DNA of 64,000 bases from Candidatus Methanomethylicaceae archaeon (GTDB lineage: Archaea; Thermoproteota; Methanomethylicia; Methanomethylicales; Methanomethylicaceae): assembly GCA_026414165.1 (NCBI GenBank), contig JAOAJN010000001.1, forward strand, positions 50,422 to 114,421, in the 5' to 3' direction. Shown piece by piece: positions 38,952-49,168 of this stretch. Both the position numbers and the translations under genes were made by a program. Within the stretch, counting starts at the first letter, position 1. Every line of letters begins with the position of its first letter. The notes under the pieces are model-generated. The model was not told where the DNA came from. It searched no databases and worked only from the letters and a program-made list of their open reading frames with translations.

Positions 38952-39792
38952 ACGACCTTCGGTAGCTGGATCTTTTTATGAAAGTTCGAAGGATGCCATA
39001 AGGGATCAGATGATCTGGTGCTTTCTCCATAAGATCGGTCCGAGATCCCTTCCTACTGGCATTGAGTACGCCGAGAGGCGCATCCTTGCGCTGGTCTCAC
39101 CTCATGCGGGTTACATCTATTCTGGTCCAGTAGCTGCCCATGGTTACTATCAACTTTCTAAAGAACCGGTCCCAGAGGTCGTTGTTATAATCGGTCCAAA
39201 CCACACAGGCATGGGTGCTGGAATATCCGTTTGGGGGGAAGGGACGTGGGCTACTCCGTTGGGCAGAGTGCCTGTAGATGCCGACCTTGCCAAAGACCTG
39301 GCTAACAAGGGCATTGTTGAGATAGACCAAGAGGCCCACCTCTATGAACACTCTATAGAGGTTCAGCTTCCTTTCCTACAGTTCATTTACCAGAACCAAA
39401 AAGATTTCAAGATACTTCCCATATGTATGATGCTCCAAGACTATATGACTTCTTTGGAGCTTGGAAACGCCTTGGCAGAGACGCTCAGAGACAAATCTTC
39501 TATAATTATAGCCAGCACAGATTTTTCTCACTACGTGCCCTATTCAGAGGCCTACAAAAAAGATTCTTTGGTTGGCGAATGCATAATAAAAATGGATGCC
39601 AAAGCCTTAAGCGAGACTGTTATTAGTGAGAATGTAAGTATGTGCGGGTCGGGTCCGGTGATGACTGCAATAGTGGCAGCTAAAAAACTAGGCGCTAACA
39701 CCTGTAAAAAACTCTGCTATGCAACGTCTGGAGACACATGCGGCTCCAAAGACGAAGTTGTCGGTTATGGGTCCTACATTATGCTTCGATAG
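38938..39792 (+). CDS. MEMO1-family protein (AmmeMemoRadiSam system protein B-like)
   Basis: [21 protein letters not shown] motifs; ATG overlaps the S2 stop by 14 nt. Confidence 0.7.
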   Translation: MLKDRRPSVAGSFYESSKDAIRDQMIWCFLHKIGPRSLPTGIEYAERRILALVSPHAGYIYSGPVAAHGYYQLSKEPVPEVVVIIGPNHTGMGAGISVWGEGTWATPLGRVPVDADLAKDLANKGIVEIDQEAHLYEHSIEVQLPFLQFIYQNQKDFKILPICMMLQDYMTSLELGNALAETLRDKSSIIIASTDFSHYVPYSEAYKKDSLVGECIIKMDAKALSETVISENVSMCGSGPVMTAIVAAKKLGANTCKKLCYATSGDTCGSKDEVVGYGSYIMLR

Positions 39793-39862
39793 TCTGAAAA
39801 ATTGCTGGACAAAAAGTCATCACCACAAAGATTAATTCCCTTCTCTTAAACAAGAGACTATC

Positions 39863-40687
39863 ATGGAAAACATAAAATTACAAATTCCCTTTTCACTACC
39901 GTTGTTGGGAGAGACATTTATAGAGGTTGGAAACCCAGTTTTATTATCAACTATAAACTTCTTTACTAATGTTGATGTAACCTTCAGCGAATCTTCAGAG
40001 GCTTATGTGCCGCTCTCTTCTCCTCCTTTGAAGAGGTTGGTTGAAAATCATCTGAATACTATCGGAAAGCATTTCACATTCCATATTGCTCCTTCTGGTA
40101 ACGATTATCTAACCCTGACCTCGGCACTCTATATCGCTGACTCGGAATCTTTGGAAGATTATGTCCCATATTTCCTTAGTAGGCTTAACGGGAGACCTCT
40201 GATGACAATAGTAAGATCACTATCGGCCCTCTCCGGGGGTTTCGTTGTCTGTAGGAAGGGAGAGGGCATGGTCTCATTGAGTGGTAACCCCGACGCTTCG
40301 ATTCTTCTCCACACAAAAGTCCGTAAAAAATCATCGAGCGGAGCGCTTAGAAGATTTTATGATGCCTTCCCAGATCTTTCCCAGCCTATATGGCACACAA
40401 TGGGGCATATTGTGATTGAGGGCAGTAAGGCGATAAGGGAGAGCAATGCTAGGAAACTTGGCTGTTTGATGACTCTTGAATCATCGATTGGCTGCGCCAT
40501 TGGGCTATTAAAACCAAAAGACCTCGCCAGGCTTTCCAAGATAAGAATTGCCTATGGAGCTAAAATCGTATCTTTTGGAGACATTAGGGGAGATCTTATA
40601 TTGTCCCCGAGGGAAACCTCAACATGGGGCGAGTATCAGAGGTTCTATTTTACCACAACGGGGGTGAATGAAGTTTACGAAGGTTGA
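39863..40687 (+). CDS. degenerate GHMP-kinase-like protein in the mevalonate kinase position (canonical ATP-binding motifs lost)
   Basis: Occupies the mvk slot of the conserved S2-mvk-ipk-idi2-idsA cluster. Weak colinear resemblance to the GHMP motifs: LLGE...G.P.L (motif I), HIAPSGNDYLTLTSA in place of PxGSGLGSSAA, AYGAKIVSFGDIRGD in place of GAKxxGAGGGG. Confidence 0.4.
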   Translation: MENIKLQIPFSLPLLGETFIEVGNPVLLSTINFFTNVDVTFSESSEAYVPLSSPPLKRLVENHLNTIGKHFTFHIAPSGNDYLTLTSALYIADSESLEDYVPYFLSRLNGRPLMTIVRSLSALSGGFVVCRKGEGMVSLSGNPDASILLHTKVRKKSSSGALRRFYDAFPDLSQPIWHTMGHIVIEGSKAIRESNARKLGCLMTLESSIGCAIGLLKPKDLARLSKIRIAYGAKIVSFGDIRGDLILSPRETSTWGEYQRFYFTTTGVNEVYEG

Positions 40688-41441
40688 TTTCGTCATAAAA
40701 CTTGGCGGCAGCGCTATAACAAAGAAGGACCAACCATTTACCCCAAACTTAGAAGTCATCAAAACCATCTCTTTGGAACTATCCCAGATATATAATAGAC
40801 CGTCTCTGATCCTAGTTTATGGTGGCGGTTCTTTTGGACATCACGTGGCAAGAAGGTACATTAGCGGAGGCTTGATAAGGGATATAAAAGGAACTGCCGA
40901 GATCCACTCTGCAATGTTCTCCTTGACCAAAATCCTAACTGATCACTTCCTTCAGCAAGACCTCCCCGTTTTCGCGATAAACTCCTCATCCTCTTTCATA
41001 TTAAAGAATGGCAATCTACAAGAGGCTTTTTACACACCATTGGAGCTCTCTCTAGAACGCGGTTTGATACCTTTGATTGGTGGCGATGTGGTCTTTGACT
41101 CATCATCTGGCATCCGCATACTATCGGGGGACAGGATAGCATCGATGCTCGCCAAAACCTTTCAAGCGAAGGTTTTAGCCTTTGGAACCAATGTAGACGG
41201 GATTCTCTTAAAGGGATCAACAGTTCCAAAAATAAAGGCTCAAGAAATTGAAAAGATTTTAGATCACATAAAGCAAATGCAGGAGGATGTTACAGGGGGG
41301 ATGTCCGGAAAACTTAGGGAGATTGCTCGCTACCTAGTTGAAGGTGGAAAATCAGCCATAATCTTTAATATAACCCGTCCCGGTCAACTTACTAGACTCC
41401 TATCGGGTAAGGAGGTATTAGGGACAAATTTTGAGAGTTGA
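40668..41441 (+). CDS. ipk: isopentenyl phosphate kinase (amino-acid kinase family)
   Basis: IKLGGSAITKK, VYGGGSFGHH motifs; cluster context. Confidence 0.8.
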   Translation: MKFTKVDFVIKLGGSAITKKDQPFTPNLEVIKTISLELSQIYNRPSLILVYGGGSFGHHVARRYISGGLIRDIKGTAEIHSAMFSLTKILTDHFLQQDLPVFAINSSSSFILKNGNLQEAFYTPLELSLERGLIPLIGGDVVFDSSSGIRILSGDRIASMLAKTFQAKVLAFGTNVDGILLKGSTVPKIKAQEIEKILDHIKQMQEDVTGGMSGKLREIARYLVEGGKSAIIFNITRPGQLTRLLSGKEVLGTNFES

Positions 41442-42532
41442 TTATATTGATATCCGATCGAAAGCTGTCCCATATTCTGATATGCCGAGATTTGGACGTC
41501 TCCTACAAAAAAGGAACACATCTTGATGATGTCGAACTGATCCATTGTGCACTTCCCGAACTCGACCTGGAAGATGTTGACATCTCAACAAAACTGTTCG
41601 GGAAGAAACTATCGGCACCAATTATAATCTCCTCAATGACAGGTGGTCATCCTGAAACCAAAAATATTAATGAGCGCCTTGCAAAGGCAGCCAATAGGCT
41701 CGGTATAGGCATCTGTGTGGGTAGCCAGCGTGCAGCTTTGGAGGACCCCCGTCTAAAAGATACATTTCGGATTGTTCGCGAGATCTCAAAAGATCTGCTT
41801 GTTATTGCCAACATGGGTGCTGCTCAACTGCTCTCACCTAAGGCTAGAGAATATGCAGAAGCTGCCATATCTATGATAGATGCCGATGCGTTGGCTGTTC
41901 ACCTCAATCCACTTCAAGAACTTGTTCAACCTGGCGGAGACGTCAGATTTAAGGGGATAATCCACGCGCTCTCAGACTTAGTTAAATCGCTCAATAAACC
42001 TTTGATTGTAAAGGAGATTGGGTGCGGTATCTCTAGGGAAGTAGCCCAAGAAATTGTGAGAATTGGGGCATCTGCAATAGATGTTGCAGGTGCTGGAGGT
42101 ACGAGCTGGGCTGCCGTGGAATTTTATAACTCTAAACAGAGCGGCGATAGTTTGAAATCAGAGGTGGCTGAGACCTTCTGGAACTGGGGCATTCCTACTG
42201 CTATGAGCCTCTGCGAGGTCTTGTCTCTCAAATCAAACTTGACCGTAATCTCTTCCGGTGGCATACAGAACGGTCTTCATGTCGCAAAATCGATCGCTCT
42301 GGGGGCTGATCTTGCTGGCATGGCAAGACCTTTGCTAATACCTGCCTTCTCGAGCGAAGAGGCTATAGTCGCCCGTCTTAGCCGCATAATCGCCGAGCTT
42401 AAAACAACATTAATGCTGCTAGGTTGTCGAGATTTAGCCCAGCTTAAATCTGTTCCACTCGTAATAAAAGGGGATCTCCTCAACTGGGTTCTTCAGAGAG
42501 GTCTTGAGGTGAGAGGTATTGATAGAAGATAA
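41438..42532 (+). CDS. fni: type 2 isopentenyl-diphosphate isomerase (FMN-dependent IDI-2)
   Basis: SSMTGG, NMGAAQL, GAGGTSWAAVE motifs; 364 aa. Confidence 0.85.
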   Translation: MIILISDRKLSHILICRDLDVSYKKGTHLDDVELIHCALPELDLEDVDISTKLFGKKLSAPIIISSMTGGHPETKNINERLAKAANRLGIGICVGSQRAALEDPRLKDTFRIVREISKDLLVIANMGAAQLLSPKAREYAEAAISMIDADALAVHLNPLQELVQPGGDVRFKGIIHALSDLVKSLNKPLIVKEIGCGISREVAQEIVRIGASAIDVAGAGGTSWAAVEFYNSKQSGDSLKSEVAETFWNWGIPTAMSLCEVLSLKSNLTVISSGGIQNGLHVAKSIALGADLAGMARPLLIPAFSSEEAIVARLSRIIAELKTTLMLLGCRDLAQLKSVPLVIKGDLLNWVLQRGLEVRGIDRR

Positions 42533-43484
42533 AATCAGGCAAGTCGCCTCCCTCATAGACCCGCTTCTAAAGAACTCGCTATCTGGAAGCGATAACTTGC
42601 ATAAGGCTGCCCTATACCTTCCTAGCCAAGGCGGTAAAAGGATGCGCGCCTTCCTTGTGGTGAAATCATGCGAGCTAGTAGGCGGCGACGTAAAATTAGC
42701 TCTCCCTGCCGCTGCTGCTATAGAAGTGCTCCACAACTTCACCCTTATACATGACGACATCATGGATCATGATCTTCTGAGAAGAGGGGTGCCTACTGTT
42801 CACACACTATGGGGCGTACCCATGGGAATTCTTGCAGGGGACTTTCTCTTTGCCAAAGCCTTTAACATATTGCTCTCTACTAATGTTGAGCCAGATCGCA
42901 TAAGGTGCGCCGCTCAGATCATGTCCGAATCCGCCGTTAGCCTCTCTGAAGGGCAGAGTATGGACATGGAATTCGAATCTAAGCTTGACGTATCTGAAGA
43001 AGATTATCTATTAATGGTGACTAAAAAAACCGCATCCCTTTTCGAGGCCAGCGCAGAGATCGGTGCTATAATAGGCGGAGGAGATCCAAATCTGATATCA
43101 CTTCTTGGTGAATACGGTCGTAACTTAGGAGTAGGCTTCCAGATCTTTGACGATTACTTGGGACTGACTTCCAAGGAGGAAATCTTGGGGAAATCCATAG
43201 GCAACGACATAAGGGAGGGCAAGAAGACTTTAATCATAATCAGGTCTATAAACTCGCCTCTGAGAGAAAGAACTCTCTCACTTCTGGGGAAGCGGTATGC
43301 ATCCGATGAAGAAATCGCCGAACTGGTTAATGCCCTGCGACGTGAAGGGATAGACGATTATGTGCTAAAGAAGGCAAAACTTCACATAGATCTTGCTATA
43401 AGGGCTCTCTCCATCCTACCAGACTCGCCCGCAAAGCAAGATCTCGTGGAATTGGCAAGATATGCAATTTCTAGAATAAAATAG
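42519..43484 (+). CDS. idsA: geranylgeranyl diphosphate synthase (trans-polyprenyl synthetase)
   Basis: LIHDDIMDHD (first DDxxD) and FQIFDDYLG (second); 321 aa. Confidence 0.85.
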   Translation: MIEDKIRQVASLIDPLLKNSLSGSDNLHKAALYLPSQGGKRMRAFLVVKSCELVGGDVKLALPAAAAIEVLHNFTLIHDDIMDHDLLRRGVPTVHTLWGVPMGILAGDFLFAKAFNILLSTNVEPDRIRCAAQIMSESAVSLSEGQSMDMEFESKLDVSEEDYLLMVTKKTASLFEASAEIGAIIGGGDPNLISLLGEYGRNLGVGFQIFDDYLGLTSKEEILGKSIGNDIREGKKTLIIIRSINSPLRERTLSLLGKRYASDEEIAELVNALRREGIDDYVLKKAKLHIDLAIRALSILPDSPAKQDLVELARYAISRIK

Positions 43485-43497
43485 GAGTGACTCTGCC

Positions 43498-45207
43498 TTG
43501 AGTGAAGATCTCCGCACTATATTAAAGAAACACGCCCTTCTAAACGCATTGAAATATGATGGAAAGGCCGAAGTCAAGGCTGTGGTTGGAAAAGCCCTCT
43601 CTGAGAGCCCTCACCTCAGAAAAATGGCTTCTGAAGTCTTTAAAATTGCAGCTGATGTGGTCGCCGAGATAAATACGATGTCTATCGCGGATCAAAAGTC
43701 CTTGGCAGAGGCCCTTGGTATATCATTAATGAAGGAGAAGCCAAAAAAAGAGGAGCATTTACTCCCGCCTCTCCCAAACGTTCAAAAGTACTCTAGAATC
43801 CATGTAAGATTTGCTCCTAATCCTGACTCTGTAATCCATTTGGGCAACACACGCGCTGCTTTGCTGAGCGATGAATATGCTAAGATGTACCGCGGGATCT
43901 TCACCCTTCGCTTTGAAGATACATCCCCCTCTGTGAAACCCCCGATACCTGAAGCATACGAAGTGATACGTGAGGATCTGCGATGGCTTGGAGTTATCTG
44001 GCACGAGGAATACATACAATCCGAACGCCTCCCGATTTACTATGAGTATGCTGAGAAGCTGCTCAGCATGTGCAATGCTTATGTTTGTACATGTCGCCCA
44101 GAACAATTCCGCGAAAGAGTTCTTGCCAAGACCCCTTGCCCCTGCAGAGATCTACCGCCCGAGACTCATCTGAAGCGATGGGAGGAGATGCTTAACGGCA
44201 CTATAAGAAAAGGTGGTGCAGTGGTCCGCATAAAGACCGATCTTAACCATCCAAACCCTGCCATAAGGGATTGGCCTGCGATGCGCATAGATACAAAACC
44301 CCACCCACTCCAAGGTAAAAAGTATAGAGTGTGGCCCCTCTACAATTTTGCATGCGGGATAGACGACCACCTCATGGGAATAACCCATATCCTTCGAGGA
44401 AAAGAGCACGAAGTCAACACCCAAAGACAGCTTTACTTGTACAAGTACTTGGGATGGGAATACCCTGAGGCCATTCATTATGGTCGACTTAAAATAGAAG
44501 GAGCTGTGCTAAGTAAGTCCAAGATACGCCAAGGCATAGAGTCTGGAATCTACAAGGATTGGAGCGATCCAAGGCTTGGCACAATTGCCGCTCTTAGGAA
44601 GCGAGGATTTTTGCCAGAGACGATAAGGCGTCTGATACTTGAGGTTGGCGTAAAACCCTCTGAGGCAATGATTAGTTGGGATAACTTGGAAGCAATCAAC
44701 AGAAAGTTGTTGGATCCAGTCACAAAACGTTTTGTCTTCGTACCCGAACCCGTGCCATTACGGATCTTAGATTTACCAAAGGAGTTTATAGCACAAATAC
44801 CATTGCACCCAGATCACCCAGAATGGGGGGGAATTGCCCACAAGATAAGTCCATCTTTGAACACAATCATGGTCTCCTCAAAAGATCTATCTTCATTTAA
44901 AAATGGATCCATATTCCGCCTTATGAACCTCTTCAACGTAAAACTCTTGGATTCCTCTAGATGTGCCTTCTTCAGCGAAAGTGTAGCAGACGTGAAATCC
45001 CTTGGCGTACCTATAATCCAATGGCTTCCCAATGACGCAGGAACCCAACTATCTGTCATAATGCCCGATGCTAAGGTCACGGAGGGGGTAGTCGATAAAA
45101 ACATTCTCAACGAATCCTTACCTGGCACATTCCAATTTTACAGGTTTGGATTTGTGAAAGTCTATCGGGAAGACTCCCGCTTAGTTGGCTACTACACACA
45201 CGGTTAG
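43498..45207 (+). CDS. gltX: glutamyl-tRNA synthetase (archaeal/eukaryotic type)
   Basis: RFAPNPDSVIHLGNTRAAL (HIGH variant), VLSKSK (KMSKS); 569 aa. Confidence 0.85.
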   Translation: MSEDLRTILKKHALLNALKYDGKAEVKAVVGKALSESPHLRKMASEVFKIAADVVAEINTMSIADQKSLAEALGISLMKEKPKKEEHLLPPLPNVQKYSRIHVRFAPNPDSVIHLGNTRAALLSDEYAKMYRGIFTLRFEDTSPSVKPPIPEAYEVIREDLRWLGVIWHEEYIQSERLPIYYEYAEKLLSMCNAYVCTCRPEQFRERVLAKTPCPCRDLPPETHLKRWEEMLNGTIRKGGAVVRIKTDLNHPNPAIRDWPAMRIDTKPHPLQGKKYRVWPLYNFACGIDDHLMGITHILRGKEHEVNTQRQLYLYKYLGWEYPEAIHYGRLKIEGAVLSKSKIRQGIESGIYKDWSDPRLGTIAALRKRGFLPETIRRLILEVGVKPSEAMISWDNLEAINRKLLDPVTKRFVFVPEPVPLRILDLPKEFIAQIPLHPDHPEWGGIAHKISPSLNTIMVSSKDLSSFKNGSIFRLMNLFNVKLLDSSRCAFFSESVADVKSLGVPIIQWLPNDAGTQLSVIMPDAKVTEGVVDKNILNESLPGTFQFYRFGFVKVYREDSRLVGYYTHG

Positions 45208-45296
45208 TTATTTATATTCCAACCAAAAAGCTCATAAATACCCTCCCTTTTCTCTTAATCGCAAATGAACGATGAAGAAAAACTGAGGGATTAAAA

Positions 45297-45821
45297 ATGT
45301 CTAATAAACCAATATTTGTAAGGTTTGATGTGCCTCCAGAGGTTATGGAGCGCGCCTATGAGTGTGTAAAACTTGCCGCGGAAGGCGGCAACATAAGGAA
45401 AGGTGCCAACGAGTCTACAAAAGCCGTGGAAAGAGGCATGGCAAAGTTGCTCGTCATCGCGATGGACGTGGATCCTCCAGAGATCGTTGCCCATCTGCCC
45501 CTCTTAGCGGATGATAAGAAGATACCATATGTATATGTGGACTCAAAGAGCAAACTCGGAAAATCTGCAGGTATTGATGTCTCCACATCTGCGGTGGCGG
45601 TAGTAGACCCTGGAAAAGGTAAGCCATTGATGGAGGAAGTAATATCTCGCGTCTCAGCCATTAGGCTAAAGGGCGCACCTGAAGCCAAACCAAAGGAAGC
45701 TCCTGAAAAAGAAAAACCAAAGGAAGAATTATCCAAAGAGGAAGCTCCTAAGGAGAAGCCTAAGGAGAAGCCTAAAAAGAAAGCAGCAAAGAAAACTGAG
45801 ACGGAGAAAACCAGCGAATAA
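45297..45821 (+). CDS. rpl7ae: ribosomal protein L7Ae (eL8) with a roughly 50-aa KPKE-repeat C-terminal tail
   Basis: NESTKAVERG...LLVIAMDVDPPEIV, L7Ae core about 125 aa; tail KPKEAPEKEKPKEE...KPKEKPKKKAAKK. Confidence 0.8.
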   Translation: MSNKPIFVRFDVPPEVMERAYECVKLAAEGGNIRKGANESTKAVERGMAKLLVIAMDVDPPEIVAHLPLLADDKKIPYVYVDSKSKLGKSAGIDVSTSAVAVVDPGKGKPLMEEVISRVSAIRLKGAPEAKPKEAPEKEKPKEELSKEEAPKEKPKEKPKKKAAKKTETEKTSE

Positions 45822-45845
45822 ACCATTTTTTTTGGAGGGCATAAC

Positions 45846-46064
45846 ATGAGCGGTGAATCTGGTGAGGCATACCCTGCAGAGGTAATCCAAATCGTTGGCA
45901 GAACCGGAGTCACAGGTGAAGTTATACAGGTCAGGGTTCGCGTTTTGGAAGGCAAAGACAAAGGACGCATCCTCACCAGAAACGTAAAGGGTCCGGTGAG
46001 AGTCGGAGATATTCTTATGCTCAGGGAGACAGAGCGCGAGGCCAAGAAGCTCATACCACGTTGA
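45846..46064 (+). CDS. rps28e: 30S ribosomal protein S28e (eS28)
   Basis: [28 protein letters not shown] typical of S28e. Confidence 0.85.
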   Translation: MSGESGEAYPAEVIQIVGRTGVTGEVIQVRVRVLEGKDKGRILTRNVKGPVRVGDILMLRETEREAKKLIPR

Positions 46065-46117
46065 GCCACAAAAGTTTATAAATTCACTCCTTTAAGAGTG
46101 AGGGGAGGCAATCTACA

Positions 46118-46300
46118 ATGGTCCGAATATTCAAATGCTCCTTCTGCAACCAAGAGATTGAGCCTGGAACTGGTCTAATGTACGTAAAAAATGACGGCAC
46201 GATCTTAAGGTTCTGCTCAAGTAAGTGCAGAAAGAACATGCTGAATCTAAAAAGGGTCTCGAGACAGTTAAAATGGGCTTCTAAGGTGCCGGCGAAATGA
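46118..46300 (+). CDS. rpl24e: 50S ribosomal protein L24e (eL24)
   Basis: [13 protein letters not shown]...RFCSSKC zinc ribbon of L24e. Confidence 0.9.
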   Translation: MVRIFKCSFCNQEIEPGTGLMYVKNDGTILRFCSSKCRKNMLNLKRVSRQLKWASKVPAK

Positions 46301-46746
46301 TCGAGAGAACATTTGTGATGATAAAACCCGATGCTGTAGTTCGTGGACTTGTGGGCGAAGTAATCTCAAGGTTAGAGCGCAAGGGTCTAAAGATAGTTGG
46401 CATGCGAATGATTCGGATGTCCGAGGAAGAAGCCTCCTCCCTTTACTCAGTACACAAGGGAAAGCCGTTTTACGACGATCTTATTCATTTTATCCGTTCC
46501 GCTCCAGTTGTTGTGATGGCAGTTGAAGGCGAGAGTGCAGTCTCGATTGTCCGAAGGGTAATAGGACCGACAGACTCTAAGGAAGCCCCCCCAGGGACAA
46601 TTAGGGGCGACTTCTCCTGCTCGAAGAGCATGAACATAATTCACGCATCAGACTCTTTAGACAATGCCCAAAGGGAGCTCTCCATATTCTTCAAGGACTC
46701 AGAGATTCTGAGGTACTCCCGCCTCGACGAATCATCCGTTCAATAA
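46297..46746 (+). CDS. ndk: nucleoside diphosphate kinase
   Basis: [17 protein letters not shown] active-site region. Confidence 0.9.
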   Translation: MIERTFVMIKPDAVVRGLVGEVISRLERKGLKIVGMRMIRMSEEEASSLYSVHKGKPFYDDLIHFIRSAPVVVMAVEGESAVSIVRRVIGPTDSKEAPPGTIRGDFSCSKSMNIIHASDSLDNAQRELSIFFKDSEILRYSRLDESSVQ

Positions 46747-46927
46747 TTCCTTTGCATTAATCTTTTGTAAAATTCTTTAGCATTATGATTATAGTCTGGA
46801 GATCTTTCAATTAAAGCGACCTTCCCACTGCTCCAAATCTCGGCAACCCTCTTAGATTTTATAGCATTTCAGGCGATTTTTGGCAAAATGTATAAGCCAC
46901 GACGTTTTTTAAATCTCGGGTGAGACG

Positions 46928-48736
46928 ATGCACCTCAGGCAACCAATTGTCACTGTCTTAGGTCATGTTGATGTTGGAAAGACTCTCCTCTTGGATAAGA
47001 TCAGGGGCACGGCTGTTATGGCGCGCGAGGTTGGGGCCATGACCGCTCATCTACCGTAGCGGTGGCAAACCCAGCACATCGGCGCCAGTTTCCTTCCAAT
47101 GGATGTTATTGTAAAGTATTGTAGCTCTGTCGTGAAGGGGTTTGAATCAAAGACACAGTTACCTGGGATATTGATCATAGACACTCCTGGGCATGAGGTT
47201 TTTTCAAACCTTCGAGTTAGAGGAGGGTCGGTCTCTGACATTTCTATCCTTGTCATAGACATACTCAAAGGGATTGAGCGGCAGACTGAAGAATGTATTG
47301 AAATCCTCAGATCTCGGAAAACTCCTTTCGTTGTTGCCGCGAATAAAGTTGATAGAATAGAGGGCTGGAAGTCACATCCGAACAAGCCATTCTTGGAGTC
47401 CTATAAACTCCAAGAGCCCTACGTCAGAGAAAGGGTTGATGAGATGATTTACAGAATTGTAGGAGGTCTAGCCAGGTTTGGTTTTTCATCAGACCGATTT
47501 GACCGCATACGTGACTTCACGAGGTCCGTCGCGATCGTCCCTACAAGCGCGGTTACTGGGGAGGGAATACCAGAACTCCTTGCACTCCTCTGCGGGCTAG
47601 TCCAACAATACTTGACGCGCCGCCTCTCAGTAACCGATGGTCCGGGGAGGGGAGTAATACTTGAGACCAAAGAAGAACCGGGTCTTGGAACGACTATAGA
47701 TGTAATCTTATATGAGGGAATCCTCCAAAGGGGGGATAGGATCGTAGTTGGGGGATTTGAAGGACCTATCGTAACCAGAGTGAGAGCCCTACTTCTACCT
47801 AAGCCCCTCAACGAGATCCGCGACCCTGAAGATAAGTTCTTGTCGGCTGATAGGGTCGTGGCGGCCGCGGGGGTGAAGGTCGTCGCTACAGGTCTAGAAG
47901 GTGCTGTAGGAGGGGCTCCCATTATTGTGGTTAACGATGATATTTCATTGGATCAGGCAAAGAAAAAGATCAGCGACGAGATGTCTGAGCTGAGGTTCTC
48001 CACCGACGCCGACGGTATAGTCGTAAAGGCTGACACGCTAGGTTCACTCGAAGCACTCGTAAAATTCCTTAAAGATTCTGGTATACCGGTTCGCGTCTCA
48101 GATATAGGTCCTATTGGGAAGCGGGAAGTAGTTGAGGCTGCAATCGTCAAGAGAAGGCGTCCCGAACTTGCGGCAATAGTCGGTTTCAATATAAAAGTTA
48201 CGCCCGAGGCCGAATTGGAATCAAGAGATCGTGGCATTCCAATATTCACAAGCAACGTGATCTACCACATAGTTGATGATTTCAAGGCATGGTCTGCTAA
48301 AACTTTGGAGGAGATTCGAACAAAGGAGTTCAGCCAGATAACTTTACCAGGTGAAGTCAGGATCATTCCTGGCTGTGTGTTCAGAAAGAGCTCTCCGCCA
48401 ATATTTGGCGTCGAGGTAATTGCTGGCACCATCAAGCCTGGCTACTCCTTGATGAAAGAAAACGGAGAAGTATTGGGTGAGATAATGCAGATTCAAGACA
48501 GCGGAAAGAATTTAGAGTTTGCAAAGAAAGGCGACAAAGTAGCGATCTCTGTAAAGGGAAACTTTATGGTCGGTCGTCAGGTGAAAGAGGGCGAGACGAT
48601 GTTGGTCTCTGTGAGTGACAACGACATATTCTTGCTTAAAGAAAAGTTTAGCGACAAAATCTCAAAGGAGGAACTAGATATACTTGACAAAATCCTTAAA
48701 ATTCGCTGGAGAGACTCGCCCATCGGAACCCCCTGA
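46928..48736 (+). CDS. infB: translation initiation factor aIF5B (IF-2 homolog) with an in-frame TAG at 47056-47058
   Basis: [17 protein letters not shown] (G1) upstream of the stop and [19 protein letters not shown] downstream, all in one frame (ATG 46928); about 600 codons total. The ORF track reports only 47099..48736. Confidence 0.75.
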
Positions 48737-48805
48737 TTTGCGAAAGGGTTATAAACATTATCACACTTCGAACTCTCTTAACAAAGAAATCAACGGTGAT
48801 AATAA

Positions 48806-49168
48806 TTGGTAGAATTCAAGCTGGTGATCTCAAACCCTGAAGACGGAACCTCAAAGGCAGTTACTGTAACAGACGCTCAAGCACAGTCATTCGTGGGACT
48901 TAGGGTTGGGGACTCCATAAGTGGAGAGGCATTCGGCTTTCCAGGTAAAGAATTAATAATCACTGGCGGCAGCGACAAAAGCGGCATCCCAATCAGACCC
49001 GACGTACCAGGAGGTGGTAAAAAGTACGTTCTACTATCAGGACCACCTGGCTACCACCCAAAAAAGAAGGGGCAGAGGGAGAGACGTTTGGTCCGGGGGA
49101 ACGTCATAACAGAGGACATCGTTCAAATTAACCTCGTTGTAAAGGGAGTGGAGAAGAAGGGTGAGTGA
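48806..49168 (+). CDS. rps6e: 30S ribosomal protein S6e (eS6)
   Basis: S6e similarity ([24 protein letters not shown]); TTG start. Confidence 0.85.
   Translation: MVEFKLVISNPEDGTSKAVTVTDAQAQSFVGLRVGDSISGEAFGFPGKELIITGGSDKSGIPIRPDVPGGGKKYVLLSGPPGYHPKKKGQRERRLVRGNVITEDIVQINLVVKGVEKKGE

Noticed and set aside
45356-46069. 237-aa minus-strand ORF antisense to L7Ae/S28e, and 23657..23884 minus ORF (LFLFLFF low complexity)
   Set aside because: They are antisense translations of K/E-repeat coding DNA and produce low-complexity artefacts.
46928-47058. Possibility that the aIF5B TAG encodes pyrrolysine or that an intein is present
   Set aside because: No intein-length insertion is present (total about 600 codons), and nothing in this window indicates Pyl machinery. 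An error or pseudogene is more parsimonious.
47449-47922. 157-aa minus ORF (Pro/Ser/Thr-rich) inside aIF5B
   Set aside because: It is antisense to the conserved aIF5B domain II and is a low-complexity artefact.
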